From contig CAKQMD010000003.1 in the NCBI GenBank assembly GCA_934254925.1, positions 17,727 to 81,726 on the forward strand: a DNA stretch of 64,000 nt, given 5' to 3'. Under the pieces are notes generated by a model, which was given only the letters and a program-made list of their open reading frames with translations, was not told the origin of the DNA and made no database searches. Each line of letters begins with the position of its first letter. Position 1 is the stretch's first letter. The stretch is from an uncultured Alphaproteobacteria bacterium (GTDB lineage Bacteria; Pseudomonadota; Alphaproteobacteria; RF32; CAG-239). This document shows positions 29,329 through 38,547 of the stretch, piece after piece. The translations under genes were made by a program, and so were the position numbers.

Positions 29329-30993
29329 TTAATATACCGGACGCTGGTCTAACAAGCCGGTCCAGCGTTCCACTTCGTCTAAATCAATATAGCCTTTAAG
29401 CATGCGTTCAATGGCGGCGTCCTTGAGGGTGCGTCCGTTCAGGTCGCTGGTCCAGTAGTCGATGGCTTTGCGGGTTTCGCCGTTGACCATCAATTCCAAA
29501 AACATGGCATCCGGCAAAATGATTTCCGGCACGCACATACGTCCTTTGATGCCGAGGTTGTTGCAGAATTTGCAGCCCGGACCGCGCACGAAAGTGTTTT
29601 CGATTCCGAAATCTCCCAAAGCCGTTTTCAGCCTTTTCACCGACGGGGCGTCAAGCCTTTCCTTTACCGACACCCGGCAATGCGGACAGAGTTTTCTGAA
29701 CAAACGCTGAGAGATCAGCCCTTTGATCAACTCGGGATCAAGCAGTTTAAATGTTTCCACGCCCATGTCTCGCAAACGCATCAAAATGGCCGGCGCCGAG
29801 TTGGCGTGCAGCGTAGACCACATTCCGTGACCGGAAAGCGCTCCCTGAAAAGTCAGTTGCGCCGCGGCCAAAGCGCGGATTTCTCCCACCATAATCACAT
29901 CCGGGTCGGAACGCAAAGCCGCCGAAAGCGCTTTAGTAAACTGTTCGGCCTTTTCTTCTTCGGTATTGGCGTTGGTCACCGGCATTTGTCTGGCACCGGG
30001 AATAGGATATTCCGGAGGGTCTTCCACGGTCAGAAGATTTAGTTCGTAATTCTTCTCCTGCAGCAGTTTGATCATGTTTCTTTGCAGCGTCGTCGACTTT
30101 CCCGATCCCGTCGGCCCGGCGATGATGCTGAGCCCCACCGGTACGGCGCGCAGACGATAAAACAATTCTTCCTCATATTCGCCGAAGCCCAAAGCCGCCA
30201 AGTCGCCCGAACCGTCGGGGTTGTCGTCGGCATAAAGCAGACGCATGACCAAATACTGCGATCCGAAAGCGATCGGGTTAAACTGCAGGCGGATGGCCAA
30301 AACGTTGTGCGGCAGCATCAGTTTGCCTTTGGATCCGCGCAACGGGGTCGAACCAAGCTTTTGTGCGCCCTGAAATTCGTTTTGCGCATAGTTTGAGTCG
30401 GAAATGTCGGCAGAGGCGAAAGCCGCGCGCACAAAGGATTCTCCCCATTCTTTGTTATATTCCATTTCGGTCTGCATCATGCCGTTGACGCGAAACATGA
30501 TCTGTGTGTTGTCCGCCACCACAATGTGAATATCCGACACTTTTTGACTGGCCGCCCGCGCCACGACGTTGACGAAGTCTTTCTGCATTTGCAGTTGGTC
30601 GAGGTCGGTGTCGACTTCCGCCGAGGTCTGGTTTCTTTCGCCGAAAGCATAAACGGCGTTTAATTCGTTTTGAGAAACATAGGTAGGCTTGGCGATGTTA
30701 AGCTTGCGCTTGCGGGCCAAAACCTCAAAGCTCATGACCCGGCCGTCGAATTTGTGCGATTCCGAAACCAGGAAACGCCCGTCGGTAAACAGCGCCAAAA
30801 GGCGTCGCGTATCATCGTTTATGACCAGAGACGACCCAGGCAGAGTCTGCAGCTTGTTGCCGTTGGCAAAATATTGTTCAATTCGTCCCAAGGACTTTTT
30901 TTCGGGTGCTGTTTCAGGTTGAGCTGCGGCTGCCGTCGTTTCTGCGGCACCGTTGGACGTCGTCTCTTCTAATTCCTCATTTTCCTCAGCCAT
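29329..30993 (-). CDS. type IV pilus assembly ATPase (GspE/PilB family; PilQ-like in R64 nomenclature)
   Basis: Walker A GPTGSGKSTT, Asp box LTVEDPPEYP, Walker B DVIMVGEIR and His box GHGMWSTLHAN. Tetracysteine motif CPHC...CKFC. Confidence 0.9.
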   Translation of the reverse strand: MAEENEELEETTSNGAAETTAAAAQPETAPEKKSLGRIEQYFANGNKLQTLPGSSLVINDDTRRLLALFTDGRFLVSESHKFDGRVMSFEVLARKRKLNIAKPTYVSQNELNAVYAFGERNQTSAEVDTDLDQLQMQKDFVNVVARAASQKVSDIHIVVADNTQIMFRVNGMMQTEMEYNKEWGESFVRAAFASADISDSNYAQNEFQGAQKLGSTPLRGSKGKLMLPHNVLAIRLQFNPIAFGSQYLVMRLLYADDNPDGSGDLAALGFGEYEEELFYRLRAVPVGLSIIAGPTGSGKSTTLQRNMIKLLQEKNYELNLLTVEDPPEYPIPGARQMPVTNANTEEEKAEQFTKALSAALRSDPDVIMVGEIRALAAAQLTFQGALSGHGMWSTLHANSAPAILMRLRDMGVETFKLLDPELIKGLISQRLFRKLCPHCRVSVKERLDAPSVKRLKTALGDFGIENTFVRGPGCKFCNNLGIKGRMCVPEIILPDAMFLELMVNGETRKAIDYWTSDLNGRTLKDAAIERMLKGYIDLDEVERWTGLLDQRPVY

Positions 30994-31002
30994 TTCCTGT
31001 CA

Positions 31003-32460
31003 TTACCTGATAATCATGTCATTGCCCATTCCCGGAATTGTCGTACTGGTTTTCAAAAACCTGTTTGCCGGAGAATCTGGATCGTTGTCTTCTTTGATCG
31101 CCGTTGCGTTTTCCACGGAATCCTTAAGGGTAATGTCGGTTTTAAGCGGTTCTTTGTCCAGAATGCCGCCGGCGGCGAAATAAAGATAATCTTTGATGCC
31201 GCCTTTGTCAGCCCGGATATAAGTTGAGGTAATCTCGTCGACAATGTGTCCGGTCTGTAAAGCCGTCCCGACCTTAACCATAAACGGCGTGCCGTCTTTG
31301 TTGATCAGTTTGGCAATCAGTTCGCCTCCTTTGCCGCGAATTTCCATAACGGCGTATAGGTCCGAAAGTTTAATGACTTCTTCGACGACAACCGGCTCCG
31401 CTTCGACTTTTGTTTCCTCGACGGCTTCTTCCCCTTCGGCAAACGGATTTTGTTTGGCCTGCATTTCTCTTTCCTGAGCCTCTATTCTGGCTTTCAGAAT
31501 GGAAATCTGCGTCTGCAGGTCATTAACCTGTTGGGCGAAAGCTTCTTTTGCCGCGGCCGCGTCTTGATTGGCTGTCGCAGCCAGTTGGGCGATCTCGTCA
31601 AATTTGGCGCTGATGTCTGCAACGAGTTCTTTTTTCTCGTTTTTCAATTGGTTCATTTGCAAATACAGGTCGCCGTTGTTCTTGACCCATTTCTGCGTCT
31701 CTTCCAACATCTGATTTTTATAGGCTTTCAAGAGCTTTTCCTGCCGTGCCTTTTCGTATTGGATGTCCAATTCCCGCAGTTTTTGCTTTTCCTGAATGAC
31801 TTTTTGTTCCTGCTCTTTTTCCCATTCGATCTTTTTGCGTTCTTTTTCTTCGGCTTTGGCTTTTTCTTCGTCAATGGCCTTTTGTCGCTGGTTTTTAATG
31901 GCTTCGATTTCGTTTTTCACCTTTTCGCGCCGCAGTTCCAAAGACAAAAGCGCCGTTTGTTTTTCAATGTCGGACATCTGCGAGAACAAATTATCGTCAA
32001 TCACGGCCGTTCCCGTGCCGAGAATGCCGTTGTCAGGCTCTTTTGCTGCCAAAACCGGTGCTTTTTCTTCCTCAGTTTCCGGCAGGTCTTGCGGCAGATT
32101 CAGTTCCAACCCCTGCGGTTGCGGAGCGGGGGATGCTGCCGGCGGTACCGGTGAGGGAACAACGTTGGTATTGGCGGCTTCTTCCGCGCCAAAGGGCAGA
32201 GTCCCCGAAGACGGCGGCGTTACCAGTCCCGCTGCGGGAGCGGCGGCGGGAACGGCTTCCCCTTCTTCTTCAAATAGGGAAATCTCGTCCGGAATGCTGG
32301 GATCGTCAAGCGTAGACTTGCTTTGCTGGCCGTTGGTCAGGGGAATGGTTTCTTCTTCAAGGGTGACCACGCCCTGCGCCCGGCTTTCAAAAGCCGCGGC
32401 AGCGCAAAGAACCAGAGCCAATGCGGTAGTGCCTAATGTCTTTTTAATTTCATAATGCAT
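31003..32460 (-). CDS. PilP-like pilus biogenesis protein with long Pro/Ala-rich and coiled-coil extension
   Basis: The start is set at ATG 32460 (MHYEIKKTLGTTALALVLCAAAAFESRAQG signal, GAGGGGA RBS). The middle ~250 aa are E/K/Q heptad coiled coil. The C-terminal ~90 aa (LYAVMEIRGKGGELIAKLINKDGTPFMVKVGTALQTGHIVDEITSTYI) look like the small beta domain of type IVb PilP. The call also rests on synteny. Confidence 0.45.
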   Translation of the reverse strand: MHYEIKKTLGTTALALVLCAAAAFESRAQGVVTLEEETIPLTNGQQSKSTLDDPSIPDEISLFEEEGEAVPAAAPAAGLVTPPSSGTLPFGAEEAANTNVVPSPVPPAASPAPQPQGLELNLPQDLPETEEEKAPVLAAKEPDNGILGTGTAVIDDNLFSQMSDIEKQTALLSLELRREKVKNEIEAIKNQRQKAIDEEKAKAEEKERKKIEWEKEQEQKVIQEKQKLRELDIQYEKARQEKLLKAYKNQMLEETQKWVKNNGDLYLQMNQLKNEKKELVADISAKFDEIAQLAATANQDAAAAKEAFAQQVNDLQTQISILKARIEAQEREMQAKQNPFAEGEEAVEETKVEAEPVVVEEVIKLSDLYAVMEIRGKGGELIAKLINKDGTPFMVKVGTALQTGHIVDEITSTYIRADKGGIKDYLYFAAGGILDKEPLKTDITLKDSVENATAIKEDNDPDSPANRFLKTSTTIPGMGNDMIIR

Positions 32461-33727
32461 AGATGATCCCCTCATATTCCCAAGTTTCATTACTCGGAGT
32501 ATATTTTATATTCTTAATCTCAAGTCCTGAAAATTTTGTTAACAAATCCGTCCATATTATTGGATTATACCGTGACGAGAAGCGAAAACCCAAAGCCGGA
32601 TAAACCGTTTTTTCCGGAGAAGTGTAGGATGTCCGGCTCAAAGAGATCTGTTGCCCGATGGATTGAAACAAATCATTGACCGTATTGCGCAGGTCTTCCA
32701 TATTTTTCATCGGCGGGGAAGAAATCTGCGAAATTTTGTTCAACGGCATGGTAACCGCCAAATTGGTGCCGTTGTCGGAAAACGAACGGCCCGAAAAGAC
32801 TAAGCCCGACTGGTCAAGCGCTTTTTGCGCCCAAGACAAACGACCGATCTTCATGCTCCAAGAGGTCATGACACCGTTGGCCGAACAGGCGACCGGTCCG
32901 ATCTCCCAGCCCGGCGGCATAATCTTAACCACGTCCTGTACGCCTTCGTAGCACTCTTTCATCGTCTGTGTCGGATCATTGAGCTTTTCCCAAGGTTTGA
33001 CTTCGGGAAGCTTCTCAATCTTAGGAACGACTTTGGGTTGTACCGGCACGACCACCGGCCTTTTGGTCGGAGTCAGAAAAATCTTGTCAATCAAGCTGGA
33101 GACCAGCCAAATGCCCACGACCGCCGAAATTACGACGACCATCAGCAGCTTGGCGCCGCGCAAGGCTTTGATCTTTTGCAGCTTAGACTTGACGCCTTTG
33201 GACAAGAGCCCGCTGAGCTGAACTTCTTCGGTTTCTTCGATACCCCATTCCGCCGGCGCAATTTTGCGGCCCCAATCGGGCACGGCCAGCATGGACATAA
33301 ATTGGTTTCTGGCGTCTTCCTCTTTCAAAAACAGCATATCGCCGTCGGAAAGGATAATATCGTTGCGGATACAGACATACCACCAACCTTCGTTAACCTT
33401 AAAGACGGCAATGAAAGAAGCCTTGTCCGACATGGCCGAAGCCAGCGAAACCGCCGCGACGTTTTCGCCGCTTTTGTACCCCTCGTGCGAGACGCAGATA
33501 CCGAACTGCGGCGCTTTTCCGCCCTTGATGCAAAACAGGTCGGCGCCTTCGAGAACCCCGGCGGAGGCTTCTTCCACCTCCATAAAGGGATCGTCTTTAT
33601 TCTGCAAAGGCTGCCAGAACAAGCTGGTTGCATAAGTTATGCCGTCCACCGCGATTTTGGTTCCCCAAGATCGCTTGGCGGTTTTCTCGTCATAATCTTC
33701 TTCCAATAATTTAGCTTCTTCCAGCAC
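32450..33727 (-). CDS. PilO-like (PilO2-type) type IVb pilus accessory protein
   Basis: 425 aa with one central TM helix (LLMVVVISAVVGIWLVSSLI). Its size and its position between the secretin and PilP-like genes match R64/PAPI-1 PilO. The call is mainly from synteny. Confidence 0.45.
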   Translation of the reverse strand: MLEEAKLLEEDYDEKTAKRSWGTKIAVDGITYATSLFWQPLQNKDDPFMEVEEASAGVLEGADLFCIKGGKAPQFGICVSHEGYKSGENVAAVSLASAMSDKASFIAVFKVNEGWWYVCIRNDIILSDGDMLFLKEEDARNQFMSMLAVPDWGRKIAPAEWGIEETEEVQLSGLLSKGVKSKLQKIKALRGAKLLMVVVISAVVGIWLVSSLIDKIFLTPTKRPVVVPVQPKVVPKIEKLPEVKPWEKLNDPTQTMKECYEGVQDVVKIMPPGWEIGPVACSANGVMTSWSMKIGRLSWAQKALDQSGLVFSGRSFSDNGTNLAVTMPLNKISQISSPPMKNMEDLRNTVNDLFQSIGQQISLSRTSYTSPEKTVYPALGFRFSSRYNPIIWTDLLTKFSGLEIKNIKYTPSNETWEYEGIIYAL

Positions 33728-33745
33728 TCTTTTTCTCCGTGAGAA

Positions 33746-35347
33746 TTACAGGTCTTTCATCCGCGATTCCGGGGTCAGCGGCGATTCCAAAACCACCGGT
33801 GTCAAAATGATGACCAACACGCTGCGTTTTTTTGCCGCCTGTGCGTTTCCGCCCAAGAGCGAATTGGTCGCCGATCCTGTTCCTTCTTTGGATGTTTCGT
33901 TCGAGACTTTTTCATACCCGGTCAAAATCAACGATTCTCCGGAAGTCATGGCCACTTCCTGCGTAAAACCGCGAGATTCGATCTTTGGGTTCTGAATATA
34001 TTGGTTGTCTTCTTCGTTTCCGAAGTTGACCGCTTCCAGAGAAATCAGGTCCGACAGCGTCAGGTTGAACATGATCAACATCCGGCCGTGTTCGAGAATA
34101 CGCGGCAAAACATCCAGGGTAAAGCCGTATTCGACTTCTTCCGTGGTTACCGAGATGTCATAGTTATTGCCGTCCGTTCCGCTGTTGGTTTTGGTCATTT
34201 CGGCAATGTAGTTTTCTTTGGTCATCACCTGGATCGGCGCCGGCTTGTTGTTCAGCGTCGTCACCGTACCGCTGGTGATCAAGCTGGTGGTCTTCTGCGT
34301 CGACAAAGCCTGCACGGCAGCGTCGGCCGTCCAGTTGCCGCTGATCAATCCCCAGGAAAGCGTATCGGACATTCCGTCACCGGTAGCCACGCCGGAAGCG
34401 CCGGCCATGCCGATTTTGGTGACTCCGTCGTCAAAAACAGCTTTAAGATTCAGGCCGTATTTGTCGGAATCGTCCAAAGTAACCTGCAGAATTTTAACGC
34501 TGATGGCCACTTGCCTGGATAAACGGGCATTTTGTTCGTTAATGTATTTTGCCACTTTTTTGATGTCATTGGGCGTCGCCGTCAGAGAGATCGTCCCGTC
34601 AGCCGGAGACATTGTCAGTTTTGCGCCGCTGTCGATCATGGAAGTAATTGTCTTTTCGATGTTCCCCCATAATTCAACTTCCGCCGAGCTTGACAGCGAG
34701 ATGGACGAACTGCCGCCTCCGGAAGAAGAGTTGCCTCCCACGTTCACCGACAAGTTTGGTTTTGTCGGCAGACTGTAGACGACAAAGGTCTTGGTGATGT
34801 ACTTGTAGAACATGATCTCGCCTTTTTCGTATTTCCACCAAATACCGAACCGATTGGCGACTTCATTGAGCAAACCGCTCAACGGCCCCTGATAAGACAA
34901 AAGCATTTTGTTTGGTTCCGTCCAGTCGACGTTGATGGATTCCGGCGTCGGCTTGTTGGCTTCGGCATTTTTGAAGACGTCAGCCTCCAGCTGCGGTGCA
35001 TAACGAACGCCCAGCGAGGTGATTTTATTGATCATGTCGCCGATTTCAAACAGGGTGATCGGACGATTGCTGATCAAGGTAATGCCGTCTTTGGTCTCCA
35101 AATAGGAAGGCAGCGGCTGTCCCTCATATTCCACTTCGCTGGTGTCGCCGAGCCAAATTTCGTCTTTGACCTTGACCAAAGAGTCATTGGCCTTGGTGGT
35201 GGGAATCTTCGCTTCTTCTTTTAACTTCGTTGTTGCGTCGACTTCTCTTTCCACGGTTGCGTCCATGCTGGTGGAAATGGAGCATGAAGAAAGGCTTGCC
35301 CAGGCAAATGCCGCCAGTGTCACGGTTGTAATTTTAGTTATATGCAT
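33746..35347 (-). CDS. lipoprotein secretin of type IVb pilus (PilN-like)
   Basis: Signal plus lipobox MHITKITTVTLAAFAWASLSSC. The C-terminal secretin domain reads ...VTTLNNKPAPIQV...GFTLDVLPRILEHGRMLIMFNLTLSDL...SVLVIILTPVV. Confidence 0.8.
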   Translation of the reverse strand: MHITKITTVTLAAFAWASLSSCSISTSMDATVEREVDATTKLKEEAKIPTTKANDSLVKVKDEIWLGDTSEVEYEGQPLPSYLETKDGITLISNRPITLFEIGDMINKITSLGVRYAPQLEADVFKNAEANKPTPESINVDWTEPNKMLLSYQGPLSGLLNEVANRFGIWWKYEKGEIMFYKYITKTFVVYSLPTKPNLSVNVGGNSSSGGGSSSISLSSSAEVELWGNIEKTITSMIDSGAKLTMSPADGTISLTATPNDIKKVAKYINEQNARLSRQVAISVKILQVTLDDSDKYGLNLKAVFDDGVTKIGMAGASGVATGDGMSDTLSWGLISGNWTADAAVQALSTQKTTSLITSGTVTTLNNKPAPIQVMTKENYIAEMTKTNSGTDGNNYDISVTTEEVEYGFTLDVLPRILEHGRMLIMFNLTLSDLISLEAVNFGNEEDNQYIQNPKIESRGFTQEVAMTSGESLILTGYEKVSNETSKEGTGSATNSLLGGNAQAAKKRSVLVIILTPVVLESPLTPESRMKDL

Positions 35348-36005
35348 TCTCATCCTCCATGGTTTCAATGACCAAGACGCGGTTGCCTTTGTAGAAGGTT
35401 GCTACCGGCGCCGGCTGTGCCCTGGCAAAGGCGCGGATCAATGCCGAGCTCACGTCGGCAAAGCGCCCGCGGAACATGGCGCCGGCTGTAAGGGTATAAT
35501 TTCTGTTGGTGTTCCAAATCAGTCTCCAGCCCGAACGATCACTCCATTCCGTGAGCAGGCCTTTTAAGGTTTTACCTTCTTCTGCCAACCAATCCTCGAC
35601 GGGATCTTCGCCGTTAAGCGCCTCTTCGGAAGCCGTATCGTCGCTGTTTTCGCTCATGGAAATTTCTTCTTCATAGTCAGTAACCTCTTCCTCGATTGTC
35701 GGAGGAATGGAAGCCGAGACGTTGCTTCCGGCACCGGCCTGGACAATTCTCTGGTCGCGGGGCGTTCTCTCGCCGAACTCTCGGTAATCGGCCGCCACTT
35801 GGGTATAGTTGACAAACTCGTCGTCAGGAACCGCGGCTGCCGGTGCTACCGTCCGGGTTTCTTCAATATAGATCTGATCTTCCTCGGAAGGCGCCCATCC
35901 GTCTTGAAAACAGGCGCAGCCCGCTGTCAGCGTAAGGAGCAGCAGGCCAAAAACAATCGGCACTTTCTTGTCCATTTTTTTGTTCCTTGAGTTAAATTTT
36001 GTCAT
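35334..36005 (-). CDS. lipoprotein with C-terminal TcpQ/PilL-like domain (putative pilotin/secretin partner)
   Basis: Lipobox LLTLTAGC, then an acidic linker. The C-terminus LKGLLTEWSDRSGWRLIWNTNRNYTLTAGAMFRGRFADVSSALIRAF...FYKGNRVLVI follows the TcpQ-domain pattern. It lies immediately upstream of the secretin gene. Confidence 0.5.
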   Translation of the reverse strand: MTKFNSRNKKMDKKVPIVFGLLLLTLTAGCACFQDGWAPSEEDQIYIEETRTVAPAAAVPDDEFVNYTQVAADYREFGERTPRDQRIVQAGAGSNVSASIPPTIEEEVTDYEEEISMSENSDDTASEEALNGEDPVEDWLAEEGKTLKGLLTEWSDRSGWRLIWNTNRNYTLTAGAMFRGRFADVSSALIRAFARAQPAPVATFYKGNRVLVIETMEDENAYN

Positions 36006-36061
36006 AGTTTTTCCTATCATACATATTGAAAAATAAATAATCAAGCTTCAGGCGCAACTTA

Positions 36062-37774
36062 TTACCATTGCATATAACCTCCCTGATAAACCTGACGATT
36101 ATTTCCCGCGGTCATCTCTTGGTTGTTGTTTAATTTTATGGTCCTAATAATAAAGGAATTGGGTTCCCGGTTGGTAAAAACCGTGTTGATCTTACTGTAG
36201 TCGACCCCCCGGCTGGTTAAAATGTTGTGTAGCAGGTTTAGTCTTTTTTGCTGCAGTTCCATGGCGCTTGTGCCGTCAATTCTCACCTCGATGCCGGTTG
36301 AGGCATCTTCTTTGATCTTGTTGGCAAAAGCCTGAATCCAGCGCAATGTCTGTCCCGAAATTTCCGCTCTGTTCGGCTGAAAGGACAAGCGGATTTCCAC
36401 CGGCAGAATTTTTGTGTGCCTTTTGGGGTGTTCGGTCTTTTTCTTAACGCGCCAAAAGTCAGCGGCCTGTTCTTTGACGGATTTTTTATTCTGTGCTTCG
36501 TCGGCAGTTTTGTCTTCGCTGAACAGGGAAGAGATACTGCTGATCAGATCTTTTTTGCTGTTGGTCGCTTCTTTTTCTTCCGTCTGCAAAACCGTTGCCT
36601 TCGTTTTTTCTTCTTCGACCGGTTCGGGGGCCGGTAACGGAGCCGCTTCGGCAATCGGCCTCAGAAGCGGAACGTCTTTTTCTTCCTGCTGTCCTTCTTT
36701 CATGCGGCGAATGTATTCCGCGTCCGTCCCTTTGCGCGGAGAAACGAGTTGCGGCGTCAGGTTTTTGTCGTTCAAGATATCTTCGGGGATCGGGATCAGA
36801 ATGTTGTCAATGGTTTCCGAAGCCATGGCCACAGCCTCTTCTTGTGAAATTTTAGCCTGGCGGCTCAAAGTGTCTTTGATCTCTTCCGTCGAAGGTTTGG
36901 CATAATCTTCCTGTAAAACCATGGCATTTTTGGGATGCTTGCTTCCCTTGGCTACCAGCCAGGGGTTGTCGTTGCGTCCGCTTTTTTCCGCCATGCTTTC
37001 CCATTCGGCGGCCGGAGCCGTTTCTGCGGCGTCTGCGGGCATTTGCGCCGGTGTTTCAAGGCTTTTCATGCTTGAGATCGGAATGTCGGCGTCTGCCAAT
37101 GCGACTTGGTTTTGCGGCGCTTGCTTGGCCACGCGGGCCCCTTTATCTGCAAGCAACACGTCTTCCGCGCTTTTTTCCAGGGGAATAATCAGCTGCGGTT
37201 CGTGGTTTTTCTTTTGTGGAGACGCCGCCGGCAGGGTCGGAGCGCTTTCAAGCGCAGGTTTTGCCTCCGGCGCATAAATCGGTGCCGACGCTTCCGCTGC
37301 GGCCAGTTTTATCGGTTCCGGCGGCAAAAGCGGTTTTCCTTTGGCCTTTTCCGTAGTCGGCGGCCGTTTGATGACCTCCTGAAAATTGTCGCTGATCAGC
37401 CGGTTGGGAGGGGTTGGGGCCGAGAGACGTTTTTCTGTCGGAAGTTCGGAGGGAAAATCAAGCATGTCTTCCTCGCTGACGGAAGCCAAGATAACGTCGC
37501 TTTCGGCGTTGATCGGAATAAGCTCCGCCGCGTATTCGGCTGTCGTTTGCGGCTCTCGCAAAACCGAAAGCGCAATTTTTTTGACCGGCGCCGGGCGAAC
37601 AGAGGGGGAAGTCCGCGCTTCGTCTTTCAAAAACAGCAGAATATTTTTTTCAGGAAGGTTAATTTCTTGATTTTCAAGGGATTTTTTATGCAAAAATACT
37701 CCGTTTACCGAAAAAATCAGAAACAGAGAAAAAACAAAGCTGCAAACAAAAGTTTTAAAAGCCGCTTTTTTCAT
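36062..37774 (-). CDS. membrane-anchored, largely disordered P/A/E-rich protein with degenerate OmpA/MotB-like C-terminal domain
   Basis: 570 aa with an N-terminal TM helix (FVCSFVFSLFLIFSVNGVF) and about 400 aa of low complexity. The C-terminus IEVRIDGTSAMELQQKRLNLLHNILTSRGVDYSKINTVF resembles the OmpA_C pattern (GhtD...N..LS..RA..V...L...GV). First gene of the pilus operon. Confidence 0.45.
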   Translation of the reverse strand: MKKAAFKTFVCSFVFSLFLIFSVNGVFLHKKSLENQEINLPEKNILLFLKDEARTSPSVRPAPVKKIALSVLREPQTTAEYAAELIPINAESDVILASVSEEDMLDFPSELPTEKRLSAPTPPNRLISDNFQEVIKRPPTTEKAKGKPLLPPEPIKLAAAEASAPIYAPEAKPALESAPTLPAASPQKKNHEPQLIIPLEKSAEDVLLADKGARVAKQAPQNQVALADADIPISSMKSLETPAQMPADAAETAPAAEWESMAEKSGRNDNPWLVAKGSKHPKNAMVLQEDYAKPSTEEIKDTLSRQAKISQEEAVAMASETIDNILIPIPEDILNDKNLTPQLVSPRKGTDAEYIRRMKEGQQEEKDVPLLRPIAEAAPLPAPEPVEEEKTKATVLQTEEKEATNSKKDLISSISSLFSEDKTADEAQNKKSVKEQAADFWRVKKKTEHPKRHTKILPVEIRLSFQPNRAEISGQTLRWIQAFANKIKEDASTGIEVRIDGTSAMELQQKRLNLLHNILTSRGVDYSKINTVFTNREPNSFIIRTIKLNNNQEMTAGNNRQVYQGGYMQW

Positions 37775-38105
37775 AAATTTAAACCCCTCTAAAGCCTTGA
37801 TAAATCAAAATGCGACTCTTGGCAAGAGGATATAAAAATTAGGCATTTTTTTGTGGATTCTTTTAAATTTTCCGTTTTGCGGAGCGGAGAAAAACTTTTG
37901 CGAAAAAACAAAGCCGCTGTCGGCGTTTTGCGTTCTTTACGTCTTCTTAACCAGTGTGAATTTTTTGTTACAGCAAAAAAATCCTAGTGTAAACAATATG
38001 TTAATCCTTTTTTGCTATAAGCTTTTCTGCTGGTAAAAAAAGCAAAAATCCGCTATTCTAAAAGAGTATAGAGAGTTTTGCGCAAACATTAGAAGGAGAA
38101 GTACT
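37775..38105. promoter_or_regulatory. 331-bp divergent control region between pilus operon (-) and T4SS operon (+)
   Basis: AT-rich and non-coding. On the + strand it contains TTGTTA-(17 nt)-TGTAAA (37965-37993) and an extended -10-like TGcTATAAG (38013-38021). AGGAGAAG RBS precedes the 38106 start. Confidence 0.4.
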
Positions 38106-38447
38106 ATGCAATTCTTGAAAAATAATTTTTGGACTTTCTTTTTAGTCGCAGGCTTTGCGCTGTTGGCGATGACCGGAGATGCTTCGGCTCAGGCTGCCAG
38201 TGTGATGGATACCGCTGCGCAGAAAGCCAAAGATGCCTTTGGGTCAGTCAAAACCATTCTGTTTATCGTCGGTGGTTTTGGTCTGGTCGGTGTGGCATGG
38301 GGCGCCATCTTCGGTAAAATCAACTGGAAATGGTTTGCGGCCCTGGCCGTTGGTCTGGCCATTCTGGCTGCCGCTAACTCGATCGTGAACTACGCGACCG
38401 GTAAGAGCGTCGGTTTCGAAGACTCTTTCTCGGCCGCCGGTAAATAA
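38106..38447 (+). CDS. virB2: VirB2/TrbC-type T4SS pilin (113 aa)
   Basis: Long signal peptide ending ...MTGDASA/QAAS. Two hydrophobic helices separated by a basic loop: ILFIVGGFGLVGVAWGAIFGKINWKWFAALAVGLAILAAANSIV. It is in the same transcription direction and cluster as VirB3/VirB4. Confidence 0.8.
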   Translation: MQFLKNNFWTFFLVAGFALLAMTGDASAQAASVMDTAAQKAKDAFGSVKTILFIVGGFGLVGVAWGAIFGKINWKWFAALAVGLAILAAANSIVNYATGKSVGFEDSFSAAGK

Positions 38448-38458
38448 GCGCACATGCG

Positions 38459-38497
38459 TCGGAGGGAGATTTCTCCCTCCGACCGCTTATTGCTTTT
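38459..38497 (+). terminator. strong hairpin (terminator/attenuator) directly after virB2
   Basis: Perfect 12-bp palindrome GTCGGAGGGAGA-TT-TCTCCCTCCGAC (38459-38484), followed by CGCTTATTGCTTTT. Confidence 0.6.
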
Positions 38498-38547
38498 ACA
38501 AGTTCGTCGTTTGCCGGATTTGTAAAAACAATAGGGAAACGGGAGTA

